64,000 nucleotides of DNA from a virus. Its lineage: Duplodnaviria > Caudoviricetes. The notes beneath the pieces were generated by a model. That model was not told where the DNA came from. It searched no databases and was given only the letters and a program-made list of their open reading frames with translations. Shown piece after piece: positions 63,824 through 64,000 of this stretch; positions within the stretch are counted from its first letter, which is position 1, and every line of letters begins with the position of its first letter. The translations under genes and the position numbers were made by a program. The stretch lies in the IMG/VR virus record IMGVR_UViG_2767802007_000002, positions 4,488 through 68,487 of that record. One strand, 5' to 3'.

Positions 63824-64000
63824 TCAGGCGGCGCGGGCCGCCGACGGCGGCGGGCTGATCGCGCGGTGGCCGGGGCGGGCCATGATCCGCCGCAGCTTCT
63901 CCACCACCTCGGCGCTGGGCTCCGGGGCCTCGGCGACGCGCTCGTGGATGTGGGCGATGACGTCGTCACCAAGGAGCGCGCGACGCTCTTCGCGGGTCAC
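63824..64000 (-). CDS. Small early-region protein (may extend beyond the window)
   Basis: Read by hand: MTREERRALLGDDVIAHIHERVAEAPEPSAEVVEKLRRIM...AARAA. Confidence 0.55.
   Translation of the reverse strand: MTREERRALLGDDVIAHIHERVAEAPEPSAEVVEKLRRIMARPGHRAISPPPSAARAA

Larger units (their letters stand above)
1..64000 (-). mobile_element. Streptomyces-type temperate siphovirus or plasmid-phage (both ends outside the window)
   Basis: Full head-tail-lysis set, recombination and replication block, tra/spd module; no housekeeping host genes seen. Confidence 0.9.

Noticed and set aside
358-63972. Many long ORF-track entries antisense to or out of frame with real genes (for example 17495..19201, 30531..32588, 51421..54132, 49689..51911)
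   Set aside because: Shadow ORFs typical of very high GC DNA: Arg/Pro/Gly-rich, no motifs, fully overlapping better-supported genes.
1-64000. tRNA, rRNA, integrase, immunity repressor and att sites
   Set aside because: None recognised by eye; tRNAscan-SE and the flanking sequence are needed, so integrated prophage vs plasmid-phage cannot be decided.

Overview
The whole window is one high-GC actinobacterial (Streptomyces-type) temperate siphovirus or plasmid-phage, mostly on the minus strand. No integrase, immunity repressor, att site or host gene is visible; these may lie beyond the window ends. In transcription order (right to left): small early genes; a YqaJ exonuclease/RecT/RuvC-like/HNH recombination block; a DUF2303 pair; a DnaB-N/AAA helicase with an embedded iteron-like repeat cluster; a Gp37/Gp68 (DUF5131) protein; a C5 DNA methyltransferase; a Streptomyces plasmid-type transfer module (SpdB, TraA-like, TraB FtsK-like translocase) with no rep or int of its own; an accessory cluster behind a ribbon-helix-helix gene; terminase, portal, head and tail genes with a GGGAAAA -1 frameshift and a 1650-codon tape measure; an 8.3-kb antisense, translationally coupled cassette with an XRE regulator, two NDP-sugar SDR enzymes and three glycosyltransferases; then endolysin, holin, a collagen-like protein and further virion genes. 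Most interesting: (1) a tailed phage carrying its own TraB conjugation module with candidate clt repeats; (2) the sugar-synthesis and glycosylation operon wedged between tail and lysis genes, whose two SDRs each lack a different catalytic residue; (3) a shared 15-bp palindrome before terS, portal and endolysin. Family names come from motif recognition by eye, not database searches; many start codons were re-assigned by hand from RBS and gene-overlap logic.
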